A stretch of 64,000 bases of DNA, from NCBI GenBank assembly GCA_001643675.2, contig LSRY02000013.1:1178001-1242000 (forward strand). Direction: 5' to 3'. The stretch's first letter is position 1. Each line of letters begins with the position of its first letter. Shown here in pieces: positions 11,303 through 24,436 of the stretch. This DNA comes from Monocercomonoides exilis PA203. Taxonomy: Eukaryota > Protista > Preaxostyla. A program made the position numbers and the translations under genes. A model generated the notes under the pieces. It saw only the letters and a list, made by a program, of their open reading frames with translations. It had not been told where the DNA came from and ran no database searches.

Positions 11303-12427
11303 ATGGGAAATGAATGTCCTTACCCTCATTATTCACACATATATGAGCCTCCCTTGTCTATATGCTGGACTGAGTATATGAGGCAATGCTCCTTTGATCA
11401 TGATAAAATGATTGAAAATGACTTCGAACAGAACTTTAAAAATAAAACAGTCGAATGGGAAGGAATTGTTACTGAACTGAAAGATAATTACGCAAAATTT
11501 ATAATGAACCCGACGGAAGTTACCATTTCCAATTCAGAGCTAACGCTATTTTTTGATCCTCCAGTTAACAAGGCTGTTCCTCCTTTATTTGTTCTTCATC
11601 AACAAACAAAATTTCGCGGGAAACTTATTTCATTAGGGTTTTTCAAGAATCATGTTTTGGACTATGTTCCAATGGATTCTTTGCATCCTGTAGATGCACC
11701 AATTTCATACGAGCAGTTTTTATCAAGATTTGGATCCACACAGCAGACTGGAACAGCTAAATATTTTTTCCAAAATTGGAAAGTATAGTCGAACAATATT
11801 TATTTGCTTATTGAATTTCTTATCACTTTGTTATTCAATCTTTAGGGGAAATCAGTAGTTCTTGAAGGATTTATCAGTTTATTCAAACCTCGCAAAGAGA
11901 CAAGTGGATATATTGCAGAAGCACGTTTTGATTTAAATTCGCGATTTTCAGATGGTATTTTGCTCCATTATCTTTTAATATCAGTTCGTTATTAATATGA
12001 AATTTTCAATTTTTCATCTGAAAAATCAGTGAAGCAAGAACCTATACTTCTTTTGGTCACTGCTGAAAGGCCACGATTAGTTCCTTTTCTTCAAACAGCT
12101 AATTTTGTCGTTCCTTATACCATAACTGCTGTATTTCATGAGCGAGAATTTGGGAAGCATGTTATGATACTTCTCGATGCTCGTCCCACCACGTTAAGCG
12201 CTGAAGTTCAGGCGAACATTTATCCTCCGCAAACGAGCCAATCTGTAAATACGCCTGTATACTCCGAATCATCCTTATCTGATTCTTCATTACCATCGCC
12301 TTCTGAAATTCCTCCGCCTGTGCAGGTCTCTTCTGCAACTCCTTTAACTATCCTCCCTCCTCCTTCCATAACAAACCCGTTTGCCTCACAACCTTCCTTT
12401 GAAGACGTTTCTTCAAAATCAACTTAG
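11303..12427 (+). CDS. Hypothetical protein with two OB-fold-like repeats and a Pro/Ser-rich tail; introns 11783-11845, 11955-12029
   Basis: GT-AG introns join ORFs 11303 and 12029 in frame. Repeated pattern W/Y-x-E/Q-Y/F...(F/W)K(N/G)K(T/S)V(E/V)(W/L)EG. Confidence 0.7.
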
Positions 12428-12652
12428 ATATTGAAATTAATTTTTTTTTTTTTGGGAAGTTATATCATTCTAAATGATATTATATATTATATTTATCTTA
12501 ATTTGAGGTTCTTTAATAAATTTTTAAATTTTTTGTGGAGGCTATACATTATGAACTTTTTGTTTTTTCATCAATGAAGAATTTATTAGATTGATTTTGA
12601 GAAAATGTAATTCAGTTTGATCGAACAATACATAATCAATCAATATTTTTGA

Positions 12653-13906
12653 ATGGAATTTCCTTTTCCACTTCATCCAATCTTTAAAGGTCAACAAATT
12701 TCCATTTGGACACGAGACGAATTGAAATCTCTCTCGCCTCAACAAAAAATAAACATGGGAAAGATTATTGATGCGATGGGGGCTGGTTCAGCAAAAGCAC
12801 AGAATCTTCCTCAAATCATCACGACAATGAGCAAAATGACAACTTCTGATCATAAGCTTTTCATATATGCATCAGAATCAAAAATCATGGGGATTTTAAA
12901 AATGGGAAAAAAACATTTATTTATCAGAGACAGAGCAGGAACAATTGCAGAAATCAATCCTTATTGCTGCCTTGACTTTTATGTTCATGAATCGTGTCAA
13001 CGTGGAGGAATAGGTCATTCATTATTTGAAAAATGCATTGAGGTTATGATTTTTTTAAAATTTGCTGCTAAATATGTTTTTTTTTTTCATTTTCAGGTTG
13101 ATGGAATTCAACCTCACAGGATGGGTTATGATCGTCCATCACCTAAATTAATTGCATTTCTTAGAAAGCACTACGGACTTGTTTCATATGTTCCACAGGC
13201 AAATAATTTTGTTGTATTTGACGATTATTTTGGAGGCCATTTTCGAAGTGAGGTTGAAAGAAATTATATTCATGGAATGACAGGTGGAGGAATACAAAGA
13301 AGAGAATCGTTTCCTTCTATCCCTCCTTCAACGCAGTCCCGAGCTCGTGCTCAAGAAAAAATTGATGTGGAGAAAGAGATTGAGGAGAAAATTCCAAAAT
13401 CGCATGACGACTTTAAGCCAATAATTATTCATCCTCCTGTGTTTCTCGATCCATCAAAGCCACAAGACAAATCATCATACACATCATCATCTACCTCTTT
13501 CTCTTCTTCTTCTTCTTCGCCATCTTCACAAAGTTCTTCATCATTTCCTTCTTCTGCAACACCTGAATCAATAGCCGAATCAATTTCTTCAATGAAAATA
13601 TCCAAAGAACAAGAATCAGAGCCAACACCATCAACGTCCCAGCCTCCCTTTCCCACTGCCTACCAAAAGTCTCACATCATTTCATCATCGTCATCATCAT
13701 CATCTTCTTCTTCTTCCTCTTATTCTTCCTCTTCTTCTTCGAGAATGCCTTTAAATTCGTCTGTCATCTCATCACGGAATGCAACGTCTGCTCTTTTGAC
13801 AACTCCTGCCAGGAATAAGAGAGAGCCAACATTTATGTCCTCTCCTTTTGCTGTTGACCCAGCATTTGCTAATCCATTTGAGCGCAGTTCAAGAGCTTCC
13901 AAATGA
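12653..13906 (+). CDS. ATAT1: Alpha-tubulin N-acetyltransferase (MEC-17/ATAT1 family); probable 54-nt intron 13043-13096
   Basis: IIDAMGAGSAKAQNL, GILKMGKKHLF, LDFYVHESCQRGGIG, YDRPSPKLIAFLRKHYGL and PQANNFVVF are family signature motifs. Confidence 0.95.
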   Translation: MEFPFPLHPIFKGQQISIWTRDELKSLSPQQKINMGKIIDAMGAGSAKAQNLPQIITTMSKMTTSDHKLFIYASESKIMGILKMGKKHLFIRDRAGTIAEINPYCCLDFYVHESCQRGGIGHSLFEKCIEVMIFLKFAAKYVFFFHFQVDGIQPHRMGYDRPSPKLIAFLRKHYGLVSYVPQANNFVVFDDYFGGHFRSEVERNYIHGMTGGGIQRRESFPSIPPSTQSRARAQEKIDVEKEIEEKIPKSHDDFKPIIIHPPVFLDPSKPQDKSSYTSSSTSFSSSSSSPSSQSSSSFPSSATPESIAESISSMKISKEQESEPTPSTSQPPFPTAYQKSHIISSSSSSSSSSSSSYSSSSSSRMPLNSSVISSRNATSALLTTPARNKREPTFMSSPFAVDPAFANPFERSSRASK

Positions 13907-14321
13907 TTGTTATTCGTTTTTTTATTTTTCGTTTCTGATTTTATCGTTTCTTTCATGTCTTTCTTTATTTCTCTCTCTCTTTCTCTTTTCTTTCTCTCTT
14001 TCTCTTTTCTTTCTCTTTCTCTTTCTTTCTCTCTTTTTTTAAAAAAAATTTCTTTTCTTTTCTTTTTAATGAAAAAAAAAACACTCTTTTGGTATTCCAC
14101 AGTTATTTTTTCGTAGTTTGGTATTCAAAAAAAATCACTTAATCTTAATGTGAATTCTATCGTTCTTTTTTTTTTTTTTGCCATCACTCAATATCGGCAT
14201 AATGAATTTATAACAGAAACTTTTCAATTAAATAATTCATTTGTAATCATATTCATTTATTTGCTGCTTGGTAATTGTTGTTTTCCCTGGTGAATAGCTT
14301 TTGTTTATTGTTTCGTTTTTA

Positions 14322-14352
<31 letters not shown>

Positions 14353-14705
14353 TTATTTTATTTTTTTTTTTTTATTTTTTTTATTTTTTTTTATTTTTTT
14401 TTATTTTTTTCTATTTTAAAAATCCTTCTCCAACAACTTCATCATGCTTTCCCCTCATCTCCCTCCATTGTAATTTCCCCAAACAAGCAAATAAATACGT
14501 AGCATTTATAAACAATCAAATGAAAAAAAAAAATATTAATTATCAAAATAAAAATAATAATTAAAGAAGAAGAGATATAAAAAGAATAAAATTAAAGAAA
14601 TGAAAATCAAAATAAAAAAGATCAAAAAAAAGATTAATAAATCTTTAATTTATTTATTTATTTATTATTATTTTTTTAACTGATAAATTACTGTTCTTTA
14701 CTGTA

Positions 14706-14781
14706 TTAAAACTGTGTCATAGAGTTATGTATAAGACGAGAGGGAAGAGGAAGAGAAGGAAGAGAAGGAAGAGAAGAAGAG

Positions 14782-14813
<32 letters not shown>

Positions 14814-17800
14814 AGAAGAGGAAGAAGAAGAAGAACGAGGAGGAGGAGGAGGTGGTGGTGGTGGTGGGGGTGGAGGAGGAAGAGGAAGCTTCAGTCCAGA
14901 AAAGCTGGAGATGGAGCGAGGAAACAGAGAAGAAGAGGAAGAGGAAGAAGAGGAAGAAGAAGAAGAAGAGGAAGAGGAAGATAATGATGATAACGAAGAG
15001 CGAGAAGGAGAAGAAGTGGAAATAGAAGAAGGAGCAGAAAGGGAAGATTTCACAGAAACGGGAGAAGAAGAAGGTGAAGAAGAAGAAGAAGAAGAAGGTG
15101 ATGGTGAAGGTGAAGGTGTTGTCAACGAAGAAGATAATAAGGATGAAGAAGACATTGACAATTGAGATGATGATGATGATGATGATGATGAAATCGAAGA
15201 ACTTTCTTGATTTCCCTTCAGCAAGTTTCCTTGTTTCCCTCTCATATCAGTGGCAGCAGAAGAAGAATTAGAAGAAGAAACAGAAGAAGAATTAGAAGCA
15301 TTTGTATCATTGCTGTTGTTATTCTTTGACTTATTCTCCACAGCAGTTCCAGATGTATTCATTCCACCAATCGTTTTCTCGACTTCGGTATTTGTGATTG
15401 AAGAACTCACAGAACTCATAGAATTCACTGAATTCTTAGTAACAGCAGTATTCGATGCAGTTATTGCATTTGCTACGTTTGTGGTATTTGTAGCATTTGA
15501 AGCATTAGCAGCTTTATAGGCAGCCACTGCAGAGTCAGCAGCCTTTGAGAGATTAGCAACACTCGAAACATTAGAAACATTCGAAACATTAGAGACATTA
15601 GAAACATTAGAGACATTAGAGCTAATTGAAAGATTTGAAGTATTTGATGAATTTGAGGTGTTAGAAGATGAAGTTACATTAGATCCATTAGGAGATCTTG
15701 AAACTGAAGCAGCAGTTCCTGTACTCGACGCAATGGCTGCATTAGAACCGCCACCAGCTGGATGAAGTGGATTCGCAGAACTAGCAGGATTAACAGCATT
15801 TATTATGTTTGCTGCATTTCTTGAATTTCCAATAACTTCATAACTTTCATTGTTTATATCATTTCTTTCATTTCTATCATTTCTATCGCTTCTATTACTA
15901 ATATTACTCACATTACTTCCTCCACTGCTTCCTCCACTGCTTCTATCACTTCCTCCTCCTCCTCCTCCTCCACTCCCACTTGCTGCCTCGACAAAATCCA
16001 GCAAAAGAGAAGTCCGCTTGTTTGAGGCTGATCGGAGTGTTTTGACAGAAGGAGAAGGAGGAAATGTGGGGGAGGTTGGAGAGATGAGGAAAGAAGGAGG
16101 AAGAGAAGAAGAAGAAGAAGAAGAAGAAGAATTTATTCCTTTTGTTGGAGAATGAGAAGGTGAACGAACAGGTGTTTGTGTTTGTGTGTGTGGCTGAAAT
16201 TGAGAAGAAGGAGAAGGAGAAGGAGAAGGAAAAGCTCTCATTGGAGAAGAATTTGAATAAGAAGAGGGAGAAGAAGATGATGAGGAAGAAGAGGAGGAGG
16301 AGGAATTTTGATTAGAAGAAATATATGATCCTATCCTTGCATTTAAACTTATTCCTGTTCCTCCTCCTCCTCCTCCTCCTCTTTCTCTTTCTCTCTCCTT
16401 CTCCTTCTCCTTCTCCTTCTCCCTTCCATAGCTTCCTCTCCCGCTTCTTGCCGACAAAGAGCCATGCAAAGCAGAGGGCTGTCTTGTTAGCTGCTCTAAA
16501 GTGGCTGCATATTTCTTCGTGTAAGCAGATGTTGTGAGGGAAGAGGAGGAAGAAGTTGAAGCTAATGCAGCTGACAGGGTGGTGGCTAAGGGGGCAGAGG
16601 AGGAAGAGGAGGAAAGAGAAAGAGAAGAGGAAGGGAAAGAAGAAGAATAATCGTTTTCGGTGTCGTCTTCGTTGTAGCTGGAGTTGTATATTGGATTATT
16701 ATTATTGTTATTATTATTGCTTCCATCAAAACTATCATCATCAATGTTCCATAGCTGCTCTTCTGAACCATTCCGAGAAGAAGAAGAAGAAGAAGAGGAA
16801 GAGGAAGAAGAAGAAGAAGAAGAAAGGGTTTGCTGGAAAGCAGGGCTTAGCACATTCGAATGCCAGCCATCATTTCCCCTTCTTCCTCTTTCTTCTCTCT
16901 CTTCTCTTTCTCTGTCTCTTTCTCCTTCTCTTCCTCTTCCTCTTCCTCTGACTTGATCGGCTTTTGAACGGCTTCCTGGAAATAGTCCCAATTCCTGGCG
17001 AATCGAAGAAGGGGCAGAGGAAGATGAAGAGGAAGAAATGGAAGAGGAAGAGGAAGAGGAGGAAGAAGAAAGAGTGGAAGAAGAAGAATATACAGTTGCA
17101 TGTTCTAAGCTCCTCTTCAATGAAAAGGGGGCAGCGTGATGAAGAAACGGTGGAGCACTCAAAATAGACAGATAGTGCGGGAAATGGAGCGATGCTACTC
17201 CTTCTGGAGGAAGAGGAAGAGAAGAAGAGGAAGAAGAAGAAGAAGAAGAGGAGGAGGAGGAGGAAGAAAGAGAAGAGGAAGAAGAAGAAATTCCTCCTCC
17301 TCCTCTGTAGAACTGCAAGAGCTTCGGCGGGAGATGCAGCGAAGGAGGCACAGCAGGCGTTCCCTTTGGCAGCCTCCCTTGCTCGTCTGCTGTCTGCACC
17401 AGCCTCTGCACAAAATCAATAGGCGAGGCACGAGTTATCACTCCAATCGCCTTCAATCTTTCATTCTCCCTTTCAACTTCTTCTCTCTCTTTCCTCTCTT
17501 CCTCAGCTTCTTTCAATGGGGCAGATGTTGTTTGCCCTGTGCTGATGTTCCACCTGGCGCCATCGTTCTTCAGATCAGCCAAGACACACTCCATTACCAG
17601 CAGCCCATGCATGAAGACAGGAGAGAAAGGGGAAAAGGGTGACTGGAGAATGTCTGAGTAGCTGACATATCTCAGTGAATCTTGCAGTGTCGCATTTCCC
17701 TTGCCGTCCTTTTGCAGCCGCTGCAGACATTTCTGGATGCGCCACGTGTCGAGTGGAGTTGGGGATGGGATGAGAGGGTTGGGAGAAGAGGAAGAAGAGG

Positions 17801-20800
17801 AGGAAGAAGAAGAAGAAGAAGAGGAGGAAGATGATGATGAGGAAGAAGAAGAAGAAGAAAGAGGTTCAGAAGCATATGTTATCTTCAGCTTCTGCACAAC
17901 TTTTGACTGTCGTTTCTTCTTTCCTTCTTTACTGCTTTCACTTCCTCTTCCACCTCTTCCATTTCTTCCACCTCTTCCTCTTCCTTCTCTTCCTTCTCCT
18001 CCTTCTTCTTCTCCTTCTTCATTCCCTCCATCCAACTGGTGTTTCTTCGTTGTGTAGATCAACTCATCTGAGCTGTCACTTTCTATTTCTCCTTCTTCTC
18101 TTTCTTCTATTTCTTCTCCTCCTTCTCCTCCTTCTCTCTCTTGTTCTTCTGAAATGTTCTCTACATCTTCTATTGAACCCCCTTGCTTATCTGCATTTTC
18201 GCCATCGCCAAATCCTCCTCTTCCTTCTCCTACTCTTCTCACTCTCCCTCTGCCTCTGCCTCTTCCTCTTCCTCTTCCCCTCCCTCTGCCTCTTCCACTC
18301 ATCATCCTTTGAGATTCACTTATCCTCTCTTCATCTCCTTCTCCTTCTCTTCCTTCTCTTTCTCCCTCTTCTTCTCTTAACCCTTCTCCTTCTCCTTCTT
18401 CTCCCTCCTCCTCCTCCTCCTCCTCCTCCTCATCATCATCATCCTCAATCTCTATTCCCATCTTCGCTGACATCCCTTCTGTCGTCTCCCTCTCCACTTT
18501 CCTCGTATAAGGCCTTCCCACACTCACATCCACATTTACCCCCTTTCCCCCTTCATTCTCCTTCATCCTCTCCATTCTCTCCATCTTCTCTATCATCTCT
18601 AATTTCTCGATCCTCTCCATCTTCTTCCTCCACCCGATTCTTCCTCTTCCTCTGCCTCTTCCTCTTCCTGGTCCTGTTCCTATTTCTGTTCCTATTTCTG
18701 TTGCTTTCTCACTTTTTCTTCTTCCTCCTCTTCCACCTCCTCTTCCACCACCTCTTCTTCTTCCTCCTCTCCCTCCTCTCCCTCCTCTTCCTCTCTCCAT
18801 CATCTCTTCTGACTCGTTGTAGCTGGCATTGTTGCTGTCTCCATCGCTTCCTTCTCCACTCTCACTTTCACTTTCACTCTCACTCTCGCTGTAGCCATAT
18901 CCATACTCATATCCATATCCATATTTTTCTTCTTCTCCTCCTTCTCCTTCTTCTTCCTCCTCATCATCATCTTCCTCCTCTTCTTCTTCTCTTTCTGCTC
19001 CATCATTGTTTTCATCTCCTTCACCGTCACTTCTTCCATTCCCGCTTCCACTGCTGCTTTCATCGTTGTTAATAATCATCGTCCTTCTCTTCATCATCAT
19101 CTTTGTTGAAGCCAATTTCTTCTTCTTTCTTCTTCCTCTCTTCTTCTTCCCTATTCCTATCCTATTTCCTATTTCTTCCTCTCTTTCACTTTTTCTTCTC
19201 CTTTTGTATTTTTTCAACCCTTCTTTGGAAGCCACTTCTGTTTCATTGGCTGTTTGCTCATTGACTGCGATGCTGCCAAGAAGAGAAGGAGGTTGGAATA
19301 GAGAAGAAGATTGAGAAAAAGATTGAGAAAAAGAAGGAGAAGAAGAAGAAGATGAAGATAAAGTATTTGAAGTGGTATAAGATGATGAGGTATTTGAAGT
19401 GGAAGAAGAAGAAGAAAGCAAAGAAGAAGTTGTTGGGGTTGTTATTGTGGAAGTAACAGAGGAAAGAGAAGAAGGAGGAGGAGAAGAAGAACTTGAAGAG
19501 GAAGCAAAATATGCCAATGAAGAAGAAGCAGAAGAAGATAATGCCGAGGAAGATAAATACAAAGCAGACAGCTTTCCAGTTGTTGGATTTGTTGATATTG
19601 CAGCCAACTGCAAACTTTCTTCTCCTCTTTCTCCTTCTCCTCTTTCTCTTCCTTCTCTTTCTCCTCTTTCTCCTCTTCCTTCTGTTGTCCTTCTTCCTCT
19701 CCCTCTCCCTCTTCCTCTTCCTCTTCCTGTTGCTGCTCCTATTCCAATTCCAATTCCATTTCTTCCTTCACTTCCCAATTGATCATTAACAGCTTCTGCA
19801 CCAAGATTGCTATTAATTTCATTGTTCTTCTCCTCTTTCTCTTTCTCTTTCTCTCCCTTTTCTTTCTCCTCTTCTCTTTCTCTCTTCTCCTTCTCCTTCT
19901 TCTCTTCCTCTTCCTCATCTTCATCATCGCCATCCAACGAGAATCCACCCTTGTTCTTCTCCCTCTTATGAATAAAAGGAAGATCCAATGCTGCTGATTC
20001 GCCTGTGCTGCTTTCTCCTTCTCCTTCTCTGTCTCTTTCTCCTTCTCCTTCTCCTTCTCTATCAATATCTTTATCATTATCATCAACATCAACATCTTCT
20101 TCTTCATCATCATCTTCTTCTTCTTCATTTTCATCTCCATTGCTATTGTCATTCTCATTCTCATTGTCTTCCCTTCCACTCATCATTTCTCTTCCTTCCC
20201 CAAAACTATCAGCAGCACCAAAAGCACCAGACAAACGCCTCCTTCCTCTTCTTCCTCTTCCTCCTCTTTCTCCTTCTCCTCCTTCTCCTTCTCCTCTTCC
20301 TTCCTTCTTCTTCTTCTTCTTCCCTGAGCCTGCCTTTCTCCCTCTCTTCTTCAATCCTTGCTGTGTTTCTGCCTCTTTGCTCTCCATCGCCTTCATCTTC
20401 GCCTCAATTTCAGCTGCATCCAACGACATCAGCGCCATCTCCAGCTCAATTTCTCTTTGCGTTCTTCTCTTTTTGTACTTCTTCTTCTTCTTCTTCTTAT
20501 CCATATCCTTATCCAAATCCTTATTCTTCATCATTTTCTCAATGTTTTCATTCATTTCGCTCTTCATCTTCCTCATTCTCTTCTTCTTCTTCTTGTTGTT
20601 GTTGTTGCTCTGTTTTTCGTTTATTTCATCTTTTTCTTCCTTCTCGTTCTCTTTCATCATTTCATTCAATTCATTCTTCTTCTTCCGCCCTCTTTTCTTC
20701 TTCACAGGCGTCATATTCAACTCCAGCAACTCTTTCAGTTTTGCCAATTCGTCTTTGCCTTCACCATCTGAAGCAAAAGAAGAAGAAGACAAAGAAGATG

Positions 20801-22293
20801 ATGAAAAAGCTGTTGGTTGTGATTTTCTTGTCCATTTTTTGCGAATTTTCTTTTCGTGCTCAACTTCTTCCTTCTTATTCACTTTTGAATACCTCCTTTT
20901 CACATTGACTCTTTGACTTTCTGCTCCTTCACCGATATTTTTATAGCCTTCTTCAGCATTTTCTTCTCCTTCTTTTTCTTCCTCTCCTTCATCTTCTTCC
21001 TCCTCCTCTTCTTCTTCTTCATCCTCTTCTTCCTCTTCCTCCTCCTCCTCCTCTTCATCCTCTTCATCTTCATCTTCATTTCCTTTCCTCTCATTCTTCT
21101 TTTCATTCATAACTGTCCCTTCCTCATCATCTTCTCCTTCTCTTCTTTCTCCTCCTTCTCCCCCTTCCTCTTCCCCATCTCCCCCATATCCAAGCATCTC
21201 CTCCATCTGCTCCGCCTTCTGCCTCCGCACGCTGTCAATCACTTCTCTCAGAGGAGCAGCAGCCAGCTCAGCTGCCTCATCAACAGCATCAACAGCATCA
21301 ACTCCTTCATTTGCACTCCCATCAGCACACGAGCTGCTGCCACTTCTGTCTTCTCCCTTGTGACTGTCGCTACTGCTGCCCTTCTGCTCTGCTTCTCTTT
21401 GCTTCTTCAGCAGCGCCTCTTCTGCACCTCGCTCTCTGTTGAACTCGTTCATAAACACAGACGCCACAGAGACATGTGGCGAATGCTTCGACTTCAGCAC
21501 TACAAAGTAGTTTGTTGCTGGAAAGACCAGTCCGTTCATCCGCTTGATCTGATGCATCCGCGCCTGCTTGCATTGAAGCCGCGTTCGCTCTGCCTCGTCA
21601 GCTTGCTTTGTCTTGATGTCATTCCTGCCAAAATCAGAACCGAACATTTCTGATAACTGCATTTCATCGCCTATCTCTTGCTTTGAAAAAGATGTATCAT
21701 CTTCAACGGTCTCCAATGGCTTGTAAGCCCATTTCCCACTAAATTCGATTTCTTCTTCAATCGGTGCAAGAAAAGCTTTTTCATCTTCATCATCAAGTTC
21801 AGTGAGATCAATTGTTGGCGCAAAAACTTCAGTTTTCAAGCGTTTGCTTGGTGTTAAAAATGCTGGAAGCATAGAGCGTTGCTTTGAACGGTACAAAGAA
21901 GAAGGGGTGGATAAAGATCTTGGAGTGGTGCATGCTCGCTGTGAAAATGAAGAAGTAATTTTTTCATTTTCATCTGATTCAATAATGTTTAATTGTTCTG
22001 AGGCTTCGTATGGCAAAGGATAATCTATGACAACTGAAGCTTGCTTAATTGCGGTAACCAATGAGAAAAAAGGAAGAAAAAAAAATACATTCTTTAATAA
22101 TGAAATAATTAAAATTTACACCTCTGGCAAGATTCCTTCTTCTATATATTTGTTAGGAAACACAAAAAACATAATGAACAACAAAATAAGTTGTAAATTT
22201 CCCTTTTTACTGTTTCAATAAAAACAAACGAGAATGAGCAACAAGATTATCCAATCCTTCAAAACTGAAATTCACTGAGTTACCGTATTCCAT
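14706..22293 (-). CDS. Very large low-complexity, probably nuclear protein (~2,470 aa; poly-E, poly-S, RGRG/AT-hook-like and basic tracts); two small 5' exons inferred
   Basis: 7.3-kb uninterrupted ORF. Upstream ATG at 22293 (MEYGNSVNFSFEGLDNLVAHS) joins through two GT-AG introns (~22229-22142 and ~22121-22044). Confidence 0.75.
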
Positions 22294-22875
22294 TTCAACG
22301 AATTTCCTTGGATATTTATATAAATATTAAACCGAAAATTAAACTTAATTACTTATTGTTATGTTTAAAAACGAAAGATCAAATAAGTCTGATCCTTTAA
22401 TAAGTAATAATGGAAGAGCTTTGAATAAAACAACTTGAAAGTTTTTTCAACGCACAGACACAATTTCTATTTAATTTCAGAATAAAAAATATGACTTTTT
22501 CAAAAGAATTGTATTTTAATTACAATAAATATGAGATGTTCAATAATAACTGAAACTTATATTACAACAATGCTCTTCTTTCAGAGTTTAAAAATTTTAT
22601 CCTAAAATAAGATTAATAGCAATGAATTTTTCAAGCAATATAATTTTTCTAATTTTGAAATGATTTCACGTTTCATTATTTCGTTTTATCAAAAATGAAA
22701 TGAATTTCTGCAATTTATGCATCAATAAAAGAACTTAGAAAATCAATAAATTACAAATTTCGCTCCCTATCTCTCCATTAATAAATTTATAGACAAATTT
22801 CTGTCGAATTCATCAAAAATCGTTGAGCTGAACTGACGGTCGCATTCCCTTCAAACGAAATATCTTATTCGATAT

Positions 22876-23785
22876 CTATTGCTTATCTTTTTTCCCCTTT
22901 GAACTTTTGTTCTCTCCTTTTGGGTTTCCATGTTTTGTCTGTTTGTGTTGCATAAGACCTTGTTCAGATGCGAATGTTTTGCCACATGCGTCACATTTGC
23001 AAGATGCGTTTTTTTCTTTCTTAGCAGTCTCTTTTCCTTTTTCTGCACTTTTTTCTTTTTTCTTTAAGTCTCCTTTATTTTCTTTTTTGATATCCTTATT
23101 CTTTTTGCTTTTTTGTTCTTTCTTCATTTCTTTAAGAGACATTTTTTGCTTTCCAGCATTCTTGCTTTTTTCAGCATCACTTTCATCTTCGTCTTCTTCA
23201 TCATCTGAGTCAAAATCGTCAATACCAACGCTTGAGTCATCTTCGTTATCTTCAGATTCTTCTTCAAATTCTTCAGAGATTTCAGAATCAGAATCATCAT
23301 TTTCAGCGTGATGATCAAACTTCATTTTTTTCCCTTTTTTATTTGCCTTTTTTCCAAATTCAATTGAATCTTCATCTTCTTCTTCTTCATCTTCATCGTC
23401 AGATAAATCATCAAAATCTTCCTGTGGTAGTGATTCAACGTACCCTGTTATGGAAATGCTTCCATCTCCTTTTACTTTCAAATGGGCATCTGATCCTCCT
23501 TGAAGAACAATATTTAAAGGATGATCTCTACATCTTTCTTTGTTCAGAGAACAAATTGGGTATTCGACGTCTTTGTCAACAAAATAAAGAGTTGTTGAAC
23601 CACTTCCCTCTTCATTCAAGCATGCGCTTGTCCAATGAATAATTTCATCATCATTTACCGTACTGATAAAATCTTTTCCTTCTTTCACCACAACACCAAA
23701 AACTAGAAAAAGAATAATTTGTGAAACAATAATATAACAATATCGAAAGAAAATGACATCTTAAACATTAAAGCATACAGGTCAT
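22876..23785 (-). CDS. Nucleoplasmin-like domain + acidic + basic tract + C2H2 zinc finger (HD2/HD-tuin-like architecture); intron 23703-23778
   Basis: Spliced N-terminus MTFFGVVVK. WTSACL, PICSL, LNIVL and VKGDGSISITGY fit the NPL beta-sandwich pattern. CDACGKTFASEQGLMQHKQTKH is a C2H2 finger. Confidence 0.85.
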
Positions 23786-24436
23786 CAATAACTTCAGAAA
23801 AATAAAAAATTAATTTCTCTCAGGTCCAAACAGGCATTTACGTCTAATATATATATTGGTTGTAAGATCATAAAAATCAATTTGAAGGTTTCGTTTTTTC
23901 TATTTCATTAACATGAATAAGTCATATATAAATCATTGTGATTTAATTTTTATATAAGCTCATCTTTTTTTTTTTAAACGCAGTTTATGCTTGTTTACAG
24001 TTGAAGTTTTTCTTTTTTCACAAATGAAATAAAATGATGCAAAAACTTTTATAAACAAATTTATTCTTTTTTCTTAAAACAGCAAAAATAAAAAAAATAT
24101 TTCGAACGATTTTGTGAAATTTGATATTCAAGAAAAATGCGTCCGAAGTTTGGAATAACTTTTGATAAAAGTTTATTCTTTGAAAATGCTAAAGCGATAA
24201 TTAAAAAAAACACTCAAAAAAAGAAAAGAAAAGAAAAGAAATAAAGAAAAAAGAAGTCGCTCATTTTAAAAGAAAACCATTTATTTTGTGTGAAGTGATT
24301 TGAAAAAAAAAAGATTGAAAATGAAAAATGGATTCATTCTATTTCCATAAAATTGAAACGTTCAATTTTTTTATATAAAAAAATAATAACAGAGTGAAGA
24401 ACAAATTGAAGGCAATTTATTTGGTTCATAAACTTA

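Noticed and set aside
14727-22023. Many plus-strand and alternate-frame ORFs over the large minus-strand gene
   Set aside because: Shadow ORFs of low-complexity triplet repeats.
8837-23785. Genome-wide TAA/TAG=Gln code
   Set aside because: Long host ORFs contain no in-frame TAR, and several end at TAA/TAG.
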